NCBI GenBank assembly: GCA_913020715.1
Contig: CAJVZH010000007.1
Span: forward strand, 13,021 to 77,020
Source of the DNA: an uncultured Gammaproteobacteria bacterium
Lineage (GTDB): Bacteria; Pseudomonadota; Gammaproteobacteria; PS1; Pseudothioglobaceae
DNA length: 64,000 nucleotides
Direction of reading: 5' to 3'
Shown here: positions 20,727 through 29,359 of the stretch, piece by piece
How the letters are laid out: the number at the start of each line of letters is the position of its first letter
How positions within the stretch are numbered: the stretch's first letter is position 1
Notes under the pieces: generated by a model
Told to the model about the DNA's origin: nothing
What the model saw: only the letters and a program-made list of their open reading frames with translations
Database searches by the model: none
Made by a program: the position numbers and the translations under genes

Positions 20727-20806
20727 GGTCTTTTGTTGAGCATCTACGCAAAAGTTAAGCGCGTGATTATTGCGCATTTTTTCATACTTTATTAAGGAGT
20801 TTGGAC

Positions 20807-21085
20807 ATGGTTTCTTCGATTGTGCTAATGAAAATTGAGAAAAACAAGGTGGGTGAGGTTGCTGAAAAGTTAACTGATATTCAGGGGGTCAGTGAAGTGT
20901 TTTCGGTCGCTGGGCGTTGCGATTTGGTGTGCATGGTTCGAGTGGCTGATAATGAGCAATTAGCTGAAGCTGTTACTGAAAGAGTTCTGAAGGTTGAAGG
21001 GGTGCTTGAAACAGAAACTATGATTGCGTTTCGTGTTTTTTCTAAGCACGATTTAGAGGGTATGTTTTCGGTAGGCCTTAACTAG
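20807..21085 (+). CDS. Stand-alone Lrp/AsnC ligand-binding-domain protein (no HTH)
   Basis: 92 aa after SD AAGGAG; EVFSVAGRCDLVCMVRV...VLKVEGVLETETMIAF matches the Lrp C-terminal RAM domain. Confidence 0.8.
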   Translation: MVSSIVLMKIEKNKVGEVAEKLTDIQGVSEVFSVAGRCDLVCMVRVADNEQLAEAVTERVLKVEGVLETETMIAFRVFSKHDLEGMFSVGLN

Positions 21086-21111
21086 TATTGGTATATTGAA
21101 AGAGTTAAATT

Positions 21112-22134
21112 ATGGATATTAATCTTCCTATCTTTAAGGCAGCGGCCGTTCAAGATTCTCCTGTATTTTTGAATGTTGATGCCACGATCGACAAAGTGTG
21201 TGCAATTATTGCAAAAGCAAGCGCTAACGGCGCCGACTTAGTGGCTTTTCCAGAAGTTTTTGTTTCGGGATACCCTTATTGGAATTGGATTATGAGCCCT
21301 ATTGATGGAGGCAAATGGTACGAAAAACTTTACCGTAATTCCATTGACGTACCCGGCCCCGCTGTAGAAAGAATATATCAAGCAGCCAAAGAGCATAATG
21401 TTGTTGTAGTTATCGGTGTTAACGAACGAGGCTCTCGTAGTTTGGGTGTTATTTACAATACAGTCTTGGTGATAAGTGAGCAAGGCGAACTTATTGGCAA
21501 GCATAGAAAATTAGTGCCCACTTGGGCTGAAAAGCTCACTTGGACAGGTGGAGATGGCTCCTCCTTAAATGTACATGATACAAAGGTAGGTCCTTTGGGC
21601 GTATTGGCTTGTGGTGAAAATACAAATACATTGGCTCGTTTTGCTCTCTTGGCGCAAGGTGAGTTGGTGCATGTTTCAAATTATATTGCCTTGCCGACTG
21701 CACCAAAAGACTACGATATGGCTAGAGCAATTGAAATTAGGACGGCCGCACATGCTTTTGAAGGGAAGGTTTTCAATATTACATCCTGTTCCACTATTTC
21801 TGAATACATGATCGAGCAGATGGAGCAAGATTGCCCAAATGCCCGCCAACTATTAACTCGAAGTCGAGGCTCTTGGACTGGCGTTATTGGGCCAGACGGT
21901 CAAGTCATTGGCGAGCCGCTGATTGACAAAGAGGGCATTGTTTACGCGGACATTAATCTTTCAAAATGCATACAACCTAAACAAATGCATGACATTGTTG
22001 GGCATTATAATCGTTTTGATATATTCGACTTTAAAGTTAATAAGTCCCCCCAGGAGGCGGTCTCTTTCACAACAAAAAACATCAGTGAAAAAAGTGGTGA
22101 AAACGAAGATACTGAAGATGATAGTAGCCTCTAA
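21112..22134 (+). CDS. Nitrilase / carbon-nitrogen hydrolase family protein
   Basis: Catalytic triad FPE, HRKLVPTWAEK and LACGENTN. Confidence 0.92.
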   Translation: MDINLPIFKAAAVQDSPVFLNVDATIDKVCAIIAKASANGADLVAFPEVFVSGYPYWNWIMSPIDGGKWYEKLYRNSIDVPGPAVERIYQAAKEHNVVVVIGVNERGSRSLGVIYNTVLVISEQGELIGKHRKLVPTWAEKLTWTGGDGSSLNVHDTKVGPLGVLACGENTNTLARFALLAQGELVHVSNYIALPTAPKDYDMARAIEIRTAAHAFEGKVFNITSCSTISEYMIEQMEQDCPNARQLLTRSRGSWTGVIGPDGQVIGEPLIDKEGIVYADINLSKCIQPKQMHDIVGHYNRFDIFDFKVNKSPQEAVSFTTKNISEKSGENEDTEDDSSL

Positions 22135-22167
22135 ACCTAAGACAATGTATTAACCAAGGAATCAGTT

Positions 22168-23364
22168 ATGTCTGCCGAATACATTTGCAAAAAAAACCAT
22201 TTTTATCTACCAGATGACTTGATTTATCTCGATGGAAATTCACTTGGCCCGATGCCTCTTAAGGCTTTGGAGTACATGCCAAGTGTAATGCAAAATCAGT
22301 GGGGCGAAAAGCTTATTGGCGGCTGGAATGATGCCGGCTGGTATGACCAGCCCATAAGGGTTGGAGATCGCATCGCTCGGTTAGTTGGCGCGGACACAGG
22401 CTACATTGTAACGGGTGAAACGCTTTCGATAAAGGTCTACCAAGCGCTGGCTGCAGCCTTAGATATTAATAGTGACAGGCGAGTTATTCTATCTGATAAC
22501 GGCAACTTCCCTACTGATTTATATATTGCTGAAGGACTTATTAAAACCCTTGATAAGGGCCATCAGCTCGCATGCCCTAATCCTGAAGAGGTTGAGGATA
22601 GTATTGATGACTCGGTTGCAGTATTGATGCTTACTGAAGTCGATTATAAAACCTCCAGAAGGCATGACATGAAGCGCTTGACTGAAAAAGCTAGAGAGCA
22701 TGGGGTGATAACAATTTGGGACCTGGCCCACTCAGCAGGAGCTATACCGATTGATTTACAAGGTTGTGACATTGATTTTGCTATAGGTTGTACCTATAAG
22801 TACCTAAATGGTGGCCCCGGTTCTCCCGCTTTTATATATGTTGCGAAGCGGCATTCCAATATAGCCACGCCTGCGCTTTCGGGGTGGATGGGCCATCAAG
22901 CGCCTTTTTCCTTTGAACAAAGCTATCGGGCGCATGAGGGAACAAGTCGCATGCGTGTGGGCACTCCGCCTGTGCTTGCTCTATCCGTGCTTGAAGCCGC
23001 TTTAGATGTGTTTGATGGTGTTGATATGCACACCCTCTATCAGCGATCAAGAGTACTGTCGGAATTGTTTATCAAGGAGGTTATGGGCTCCTGCCCAAGT
23101 CTAATCTTAGCCAGTCCAGAAAAATCTGAATTGCGGGGCTCTCATGTTTCGTTCTATTTCGAGCATGCATTTTCTGCCATTCAAGCTTTGATTGATTTGG
23201 GCGTGGTAGGTGACTTTAGGGCTCCAAATGTGATGAGGTTTGGCATAACGCCTCTATATTTAGAAGAGGCAGACATCTCCCTTGCTGCGCAAAAAATTGC
23301 AAGTGTTGTTAATCAGGGTTTATGGAAAAAACAAATTTATCAAAAAAAAGGGGCGGTAACGTGA
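22168..23364 (+). CDS. kynU: Kynureninase
   Basis: [30 protein letters not shown] (PLP Lys), LSGWMGH and GDFRAP. Confidence 0.95.
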   Translation: MSAEYICKKNHFYLPDDLIYLDGNSLGPMPLKALEYMPSVMQNQWGEKLIGGWNDAGWYDQPIRVGDRIARLVGADTGYIVTGETLSIKVYQALAAALDINSDRRVILSDNGNFPTDLYIAEGLIKTLDKGHQLACPNPEEVEDSIDDSVAVLMLTEVDYKTSRRHDMKRLTEKAREHGVITIWDLAHSAGAIPIDLQGCDIDFAIGCTYKYLNGGPGSPAFIYVAKRHSNIATPALSGWMGHQAPFSFEQSYRAHEGTSRMRVGTPPVLALSVLEAALDVFDGVDMHTLYQRSRVLSELFIKEVMGSCPSLILASPEKSELRGSHVSFYFEHAFSAIQALIDLGVVGDFRAPNVMRFGITPLYLEEADISLAAQKIASVVNQGLWKKQIYQKKGAVT

Positions 23365-24197
23365 GTGAGTACTACAATCCAAAGGCAGATGGCGCACAAA
23401 TGTCTTTTGACGGGCGAATGTCTTACGGTGATTATCTAAATCTTGAGTACATCTTAAATGCACAAAAACCGCTTTCTGGCGCGCATGACGAAATGTTGTT
23501 TATTATTCAGCATCAGACTTCAGAGCTATGGATGAAGCTATGTGTTCACGAGCTTCTTTCTGCTCGTTTAGCTCTGCAAAACGACAACTTGCCGGAATCA
23601 TTTAAAATGCTCACTCGTGTAGCTCGAATAATGGAGCAACTTAATAACGCCTGGGATGTGCTTCGAACAATGACACCAAGCGAGTACACACAGTTTAGAG
23701 ACGACTTGGGTCAAAGTTCAGGATTCCAATCGCACCAATATAGACAAATTGAATTTATCTTGGGAAATAGAAATCGGTCGCTATTAAAGCCGCATGAACA
23801 CCAACCGAGAATACATGAGTTGCTACTTGAGGAATTAGACACGCCCAGCTTGTATGATGAAGTGATATTCTTGCTTAGGCGTCAAGGCTTGGAGATTGAA
23901 GATTGCGCCCTAAAAAGAAATTCTGATCAGCCTTATGAAAGTAATGCAAGCGTATTAAATGCCTGGAGACAGGTATATTTAGACCCGGAAAAGTATTGGT
24001 CTTGTTATGAACTGGGTGAAAAATGTGTTGATGTAGAGGATTATTTTCGGCGATGGCGCTTTAATCATTTAACAACCGTTCAGCGTATTATAGGTTTTAA
24101 ACGTGGTACAGGGGGCACCAGTGGGGTGCACTATTTAAAACGCATGCTTGATGTTGAATTATTCCCAGAGCTTTGGGATGTAAGAACTGAGTTGTAG
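23361..24197 (+). CDS. kynA: Tryptophan 2,3-dioxygenase
   Basis: [31 protein letters not shown] and [17 protein letters not shown] start overlaps the kynU TGA. Confidence 0.96.
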   Translation: MSEYYNPKADGAQMSFDGRMSYGDYLNLEYILNAQKPLSGAHDEMLFIIQHQTSELWMKLCVHELLSARLALQNDNLPESFKMLTRVARIMEQLNNAWDVLRTMTPSEYTQFRDDLGQSSGFQSHQYRQIEFILGNRNRSLLKPHEHQPRIHELLLEELDTPSLYDEVIFLLRRQGLEIEDCALKRNSDQPYESNASVLNAWRQVYLDPEKYWSCYELGEKCVDVEDYFRRWRFNHLTTVQRIIGFKRGTGGTSGVHYLKRMLDVELFPELWDVRTEL

Positions 24198-24300
24198 GAT
24201 TACTAAGCAAGTTCAAGATATTATTGAAATACTCATAAATGCTTGTACAATGAAATGCGCATAACCACCTCAAAATAGGCGGTGGTGACACGCGTCTTGC

Positions 24301-25122
24301 TTACATGCGGCTAGCAAACAAAAGCTTGCACAGGGGGCTCTCAGCATTGCGAAGTCCATCAATCACATTAAAATGGTGTTTATTTTTATCGATATAAACC
24401 TTATGTGAGATGTCAAAACCTAGCCACATATCCTTAAGAAGTTGGCTTTGACGCAAAAACTCAGGGCGTTCATTTTCGCCCACCCAGCAAACATGCTCAA
24501 TTCCTTTTCGTGGGGATAGTAAAACAGGGCTATGGCTTTGAGCGGTTTCAAAATCAATATTTAATTCTTTGTTCATTTTAGTATGCATGAGGGGCCTAAG
24601 ATCGTAGACACCAGAAATTGACACACACCTCTTAATTTTTTGCTTTGTTGAGATGGATAGATGGGAGTCTGTGCATATTAATCGACTAACAAGAAAACCA
24701 CCCGCAGAGTGGCCAGCAAGATATATCGGCCCATCAATTTCACCAGCAACAACATCAAGAGCTATAGTCGTCTCATCTATTATTTGCGGAATATTTGTGC
24801 CGGGACACAGAGTGTAAGAAATGATAGCCACTGCATATCCACTCTCTAAGCCGCCTTTTGCAAGGTGAGACCAATAACTTTTATCAAAATCAAGCCAGTA
24901 ACCACCATGCACAAAAAACATCAACCCCTTTGGTTTGTCTTTAGGTAGAAAAAGATCGTATTTATTTCTTGTTTTATCGCCATACGGGACGTTAAGCATG
25001 GCTTTGTTGTTTATAGCAACCTCTTCTCTAAATGCCCTGGATTCGTTTTCCCAGCTAGTGATATAGTCGGTTGCCCCCTCTATATAGATAGCATTTGCGA
25101 ATTCATCATCCCAGTTTTTCAA
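24301..25122 (-). CDS. Alpha/beta-hydrolase, probable kynurenine formamidase (arylformamidase)
   Basis: FVHGGYW, GHSAGG nucleophile elbow, SGVYDL and KHHFNVI; adjacent to kynA/kynU. TTG start. Confidence 0.75.
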   Translation of the reverse strand: MKNWDDEFANAIYIEGATDYITSWENESRAFREEVAINNKAMLNVPYGDKTRNKYDLFLPKDKPKGLMFFVHGGYWLDFDKSYWSHLAKGGLESGYAVAIISYTLCPGTNIPQIIDETTIALDVVAGEIDGPIYLAGHSAGGFLVSRLICTDSHLSISTKQKIKRCVSISGVYDLRPLMHTKMNKELNIDFETAQSHSPVLLSPRKGIEHVCWVGENERPEFLRQSQLLKDMWLGFDISHKVYIDKNKHHFNVIDGLRNAESPLCKLLFASRM

Positions 25123-25440
25123 ATAACTTCCATTTTTGTTTGAATGTTAGTGTTGGATCGGCTAATCTATATTATATACAGTAAGCTCCAAGCAGATGAT
25201 CACAAGGTTGTTCCGTATTGTGCGTCTCTGGATTGCCCAGTTAAGCACTCAAAAAGGAGAAACACATGCAACACCAAATATCTAAGCTTAGCGATAAAGG
25301 CTGGACAAACCTCACAGCTAGTAGGGCGATCTCATGATAATCGTTGAAGAGCTTAGGCTCTGCCCAAACTGCAAACAAGGCTCTATTAGAGATGCGATAG
25401 TCTCATATAACTCATCAAGCTTTGACGGTGAAGACATAAA

Positions 25441-26349
25441 TTAGGCCAGCGCCCTCAGCTGCTCAATCAGTTGTTTCCTAGTATTGGTTGGAAAATTAGA
25501 CAAAGCTTGTTGTTCGCTATTTTTTGCAATTTGCAGTAGTTTGGCAACTTTTTTTCTTCCAGCTTCTGTTGCGCTTACAGTGTGCTCATCGTAGTCCAGC
25601 CAGCCTAGCGACTGTAAACTTTCAGCCGCCTCTCTTGCCTCACGCTGGCCACTTAAAATGCGAAAATGCAGACGTGACATATCGACCTGATCTTGATCAT
25701 ACAAGTTAGCCAATATGCGCCAACCTGTAACGCTAAGACCTGCCTCTTCCACAGCTAGGTACAGAACATCTGCAAGTTGCTTGCGAGCTGCCGATAAATG
25801 ATAAAGTAGTAAATCATCGACTGCACTACCCAAACTATCTAGGTCATCACTGACTTGTGGCGGCGGTGCTAGCGCTTCCGCAGTGGCATAACTGCCACCA
25901 GAGAATACCAGTCCACGTTTAGGGCTAGTTGTAAAAGATTGCACTTCAGCGACAATTATCGCATGATCGCCTCCTTCATAAACCGCCCAAGCGCTACATT
26001 GGAATTGGCAAATTGCCCCCCTAAGCATATGACAACCCCCTAGACCAAATTCACTATCAATGCCAGAGAATTTGTCATTGCCCTGCTGGGAAAATTTGTT
26101 CGATAATTGAACCTGATCGGCGCTAAGTACATTGATGCAAAAATGCTTGGCTTCGATAAATGCCTTGGCGCCATGTGCATCGTGAGCCACTGACCAAAGC
26201 ACCAAAGCTGGCTCCAAAGATACTGAATTAAAGCTACTTGCAGTCATGCCAATAGGCTCGCCGTCAGCGTCACAAGTGGTAATGACTGTTACCCCGGTGG
26301 CGAATGTGGCTAGCGCATTTCTAAATTGATTTGTATCAAAATCTAACAT
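25441..26349 (-). CDS. hpaC: Flavin reductase (HpaC-like) fused to a C-terminal MarR-like domain
   Basis: FRNALATFATGVTVIT, GMTASSFNSVSLEP and GGDHAI, followed by about 140 aa of winged-helix-like sequence (LSVTGWRILANL). Confidence 0.8.
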   Translation of the reverse strand: MLDFDTNQFRNALATFATGVTVITTCDADGEPIGMTASSFNSVSLEPALVLWSVAHDAHGAKAFIEAKHFCINVLSADQVQLSNKFSQQGNDKFSGIDSEFGLGGCHMLRGAICQFQCSAWAVYEGGDHAIIVAEVQSFTTSPKRGLVFSGGSYATAEALAPPPQVSDDLDSLGSAVDDLLLYHLSAARKQLADVLYLAVEEAGLSVTGWRILANLYDQDQVDMSRLHFRILSGQREAREAAESLQSLGWLDYDEHTVSATEAGRKKVAKLLQIAKNSEQQALSNFPTNTRKQLIEQLRALA

Positions 26350-26358
26350 CCTGCGCTC

Positions 26359-27795
26359 CTAGTCCAACATTGTCTCAACTTTAGCAATCATTTCGTCTTT
26401 TGGGTAAATGTCGAAATAACCTGCTGCCATTATCGCTGGCGGGCCAAAGAAGAAACGCTCGTAAAGACACTGACGACCAGCAAAACCAGAAACCGCTGCA
26501 TCATGCGCTAAGCGAAAAAGCGCAACTCGGTCTTTGGCATCTAGGTTGGCTACTTGAAAGTATTGCTCTACATCGTCAGCAATTGCATTGCTAAAATCAA
26601 GCTCACAAGGCGTGGCCATTAAAGAGCTGGAACCCAATAATTGCACCAATTCAAGCAAGCGAGGGTAGTTGCGTGGCATCGTATTGCGTGCAGTGTCCAA
26701 AGGTCTCCGCAAGGGTACAAAATTCCCCCACTTATCTTCATGTGCTTGGTTTTCACCTGCAAACAACATAGCACGCTGTGATTCTGCAATCCACATAGCT
26801 TCAGCAATCATGCCTTTGGTTCCCATATCTTTGTCGCGGTTAGTAGATTTTGCCATAGCACATAACAAGCCAACGAAAAATTCAGCTTTGGCGAGCTTAC
26901 CACACACAACTTGATGCATCATATGCACCACAGCATTTGTTTCAGCGAAAGAGACATTACACTGCAGGGGGTCTCTGTACATAAAAACTCTTTCCCAAGG
27001 CACAAGTACATTGTCAAAAACAACAACAGCGTCCATTTCCTCAAACCGAGAGGACAAAGGCGCATCAAAGTTAGATTTGCCATGATCGTAAGGATCGCGA
27101 CAAATCATTTTCAGACCTTTTGTTGCGATAGGAATAGCAAAAGCGAAGGCAAAAGGTATGTTATCTGGACTTGCTTTAAGAAGTGTTGAAGGAAAAACCT
27201 CAATCTCATCGGCAGTGGGACCAAGCGTGGCAAGAAGTCTTGCTCCCTTAACGATTATGCCTGTGTCCGTTTCTTTAACCACATGAAGAGCAACTTCATC
27301 GGTGAACTTGCCTTGCTTGGCCAGATCAAAGTTCTTTTGCGGGTTGACCAAAGTGTGGGTAAGAACCTTGTCACCCTTTCTAATTTCATTGTAGAAGTTA
27401 ACCATATTTTCTGAAAAATTGGTCTCACCTTTACCCAGAAAAGCATTGGCTGCAGCGAATGACATAACTGATGCATTCTTGTAGTCAGGTGTACGGCCAA
27501 ACATACCGGCAGACCAGCTTGCCCATTCGTAAAATGAAGCGCCGCGTCGTTGAACATCCTTCTCTGACTTAGGTATTAAAAACGATGTGGCACAACGGTC
27601 ACCATCTTCATCCAAGTAAGTTATTTTGTCTTGATATTTAAGGTTGTGCTGGCGATCTAAAAACTCACCCAAAGTGTGTGCACCACGACACACTGCCGGA
27701 TGCTTTGTGACGTCCTCAATGCGGTCGCCATTGATCCAAATATCACGATCATCGCGTAAGCCATCCAAATACTCTTTGCCGGTGCGTATACCCAT
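26359..27795 (-). CDS. hpaB: 4-hydroxyphenylacetate 3-monooxygenase, oxygenase component
   Basis: RTGKEYLDGL, GMFGRTPDY, HTLVNPQ, GARLLATL, RFEEMDAVVVFDNV and LYERFFFG. Confidence 0.9.
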   Translation of the reverse strand: MGIRTGKEYLDGLRDDRDIWINGDRIEDVTKHPAVCRGAHTLGEFLDRQHNLKYQDKITYLDEDGDRCATSFLIPKSEKDVQRRGASFYEWASWSAGMFGRTPDYKNASVMSFAAANAFLGKGETNFSENMVNFYNEIRKGDKVLTHTLVNPQKNFDLAKQGKFTDEVALHVVKETDTGIIVKGARLLATLGPTADEIEVFPSTLLKASPDNIPFAFAFAIPIATKGLKMICRDPYDHGKSNFDAPLSSRFEEMDAVVVFDNVLVPWERVFMYRDPLQCNVSFAETNAVVHMMHQVVCGKLAKAEFFVGLLCAMAKSTNRDKDMGTKGMIAEAMWIAESQRAMLFAGENQAHEDKWGNFVPLRRPLDTARNTMPRNYPRLLELVQLLGSSSLMATPCELDFSNAIADDVEQYFQVANLDAKDRVALFRLAHDAAVSGFAGRQCLYERFFFGPPAIMAAGYFDIYPKDEMIAKVETMLD

Positions 27796-27917
27796 AGTTT
27801 CCTCCTATAAATGAGTGTGAATCAGTCCTTTTCAATCTTGTAAAAAGCGAATTATTCGCGAAAATCCTTCAATATCCATATTAGCTTAAAGATACTTTTA
27901 ATACATAAAATACAAAA

Positions 27918-28367
27918 TTAATTGGGGTCATTAATTTTTTGCACCAGCTCTTCAAGTAACTCGTACAACAATTCCATCTTCCCATAACCAAATGTATCAG
28001 TAATGTGTAAATAAAGAGCCTCGCTCTCCGGTGCGATAAGTTGAAATAGCTTGTTACCCCGCTCCGTCAAGATGATGATAGAACGGCGGCGATCTTTGGT
28101 CGAAACGCTGCGCAACACAAGACCACGTTTAGACAAATTTTGCACGATCCGTGTAAGACTTGGCATTAGTAAAAAGCAATTTTTAGAGATTTCTGTCATC
28201 TCCAATCCATCGGATTCGTTTAGTACGCGTAATACTCTCCATTGTTGCGGAGACAAATCGTGCGCTCGTAAGTGAGGAACAAAGGTTTTCATGACTGATT
28301 CACGAGCTTTCAGCAGTGCCATTGGCAGTGAATGATCAAAGGCGCGGATGTTATTTGAGGACTTCAT
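27918..28367 (-). CDS. hpaR: Homoprotocatechuate operon repressor (MarR family)
   Basis: SLPMALLKARESVM, LSPQQWRVLRVL and LLMPSLTRI. ATG 28367 chosen; the longer ORF-track start lies inside the upstream gene. Confidence 0.9.
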   Translation of the reverse strand: MKSSNNIRAFDHSLPMALLKARESVMKTFVPHLRAHDLSPQQWRVLRVLNESDGLEMTEISKNCFLLMPSLTRIVQNLSKRGLVLRSVSTKDRRRSIIILTERGNKLFQLIAPESEALYLHITDTFGYGKMELLYELLEELVQKINDPN

Positions 28368-29208
28368 CTTTGACTTCGTTGCATAATACACCGACCCCCT
28401 CAACTTCCACTTCGACAACATCACCCGGCGCAAGAAATCTCGGTGGATCAAAGCGTGCACCAGCACCATTAGGTGTACCAGTTGCAATCACATCGCCTGG
28501 TTTAAGCTCAAAGAAAGTTGACAAATAGTGAATCTGATAAGCGATTGGAAACATCATATTGGCGGTCGTGTCGTCCTGGCGCAACTCGCCATTGACACGC
28601 GTCTTAATGCGCATGTTTTCATATTGCTCAGGACCGAATTCATCGGCGCTCACTAACCACGGACCTATCGATCCCGAATGCACAAAGTTTTTGCCTTGGG
28701 TGACATTAAATTTGGCGTGTCTAACCCAGTCACGCAGCGTCCCTTCATTCATAATACTCAAGCCCGCAATATGTTGGTAAGCCTCTTCCTGTGGAATTCT
28801 TCGACCCCTCTTGCCGATAACAACAACGATTTCGCCTTCATAATCGAGCTTGTGAGATTCAGGCGGTCGAATCAGTGGTGCTCCGTGAGCTGTCAGTGAA
28901 TCAGGTGTGCGCATAAAGACACTTGGATATTTTGGTGGCTCACTACCATCTTTGTACTCTTCATTACGATTGGCATAGTTAACGCCAATGCAAATAATCT
29001 TTTCAGGATTCGTAATGGGCGGAAGTAGCTTAACTTCTTGTAATTGCAACCGAGAATCGTAGTCATCAAGGTTTAGGCTAGATATTTTGTCATCTGAAAT
29101 GGCTTGCTTTAGACTTGTGCTAATCGCAGCCAGGTCAACGACAACATCATTGTCAAGCAGGGCACCCCAAGAATACTGTTGATTATTATTAAAACTGACT
29201 AAACGCAT
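28351..29208 (-). CDS. hpaG: FAH-family isomerase/decarboxylase of the hpa pathway (HpaG-like, single domain)
   Basis: KIICIGVNY, LDYEGE, NEGTLRDW, TQGKNF and PGDVIATGTP; co-transcribed with hpaR. Confidence 0.8.
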   Translation of the reverse strand: MRLVSFNNNQQYSWGALLDNDVVVDLAAISTSLKQAISDDKISSLNLDDYDSRLQLQEVKLLPPITNPEKIICIGVNYANRNEEYKDGSEPPKYPSVFMRTPDSLTAHGAPLIRPPESHKLDYEGEIVVVIGKRGRRIPQEEAYQHIAGLSIMNEGTLRDWVRHAKFNVTQGKNFVHSGSIGPWLVSADEFGPEQYENMRIKTRVNGELRQDDTTANMMFPIAYQIHYLSTFFELKPGDVIATGTPNGAGARFDPPRFLAPGDVVEVEVEGVGVLCNEVKDEVLK

Positions 29209-29228
29209 TAAACTTCCTTAATGATTAA

Positions 29229-29283
29229 CGGTGATAAATTGACATAAGCACCTGATTGCCGGTGATAAATTGACATAAGCACC
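29229..29283. repeat. Exact 24-bp direct repeat x2 (CGGTGATAAATTGACATAAGCACC), 31-bp period
   Basis: Copies at 29229-29252 and 29260-29283, read directly. Confidence 0.95.
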
Positions 29284-29302
29284 ATTATAATGAATATATT
29301 AC

Positions 29303-29332
29303 TTGACAAGATATTATTTAACATGTTAAATT
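29303..29332 (+). promoter_or_regulatory. Sigma70 promoter of the hpaE operon overlapped by a perfect 16-bp palindrome (HpaR operator candidate)
   Basis: TTGACA at 29303-29308; TG-n-TAAATT at 29324-29332; ATTTAACATGTTAAAT at 29316-29331. Confidence 0.65.
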
Positions 29333-29359
29333 ATAAGGCCTTATTAGTGGGCAATCAAA

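Noticed and set aside
25123-25440. ORF 25144-25347 and a possible frameshifted upstream ATG for the arylformamidase
   Set aside because: No recognisable motif or RBS. The ATG GAA GTT ATT TGA upstream of the TTG start is out of frame and cannot be told from chance without homolog alignment.
28368-28487. N-terminal extension of HpaR in the ORF track
   Set aside because: It lies inside the hpaG-like gene, and HpaR similarity begins only after ATG 28367.
29229-29283. 24-bp direct repeat as a mini-CRISPR
   Set aside because: Only two copies with a 7-nt spacer, and no cas genes or further units.
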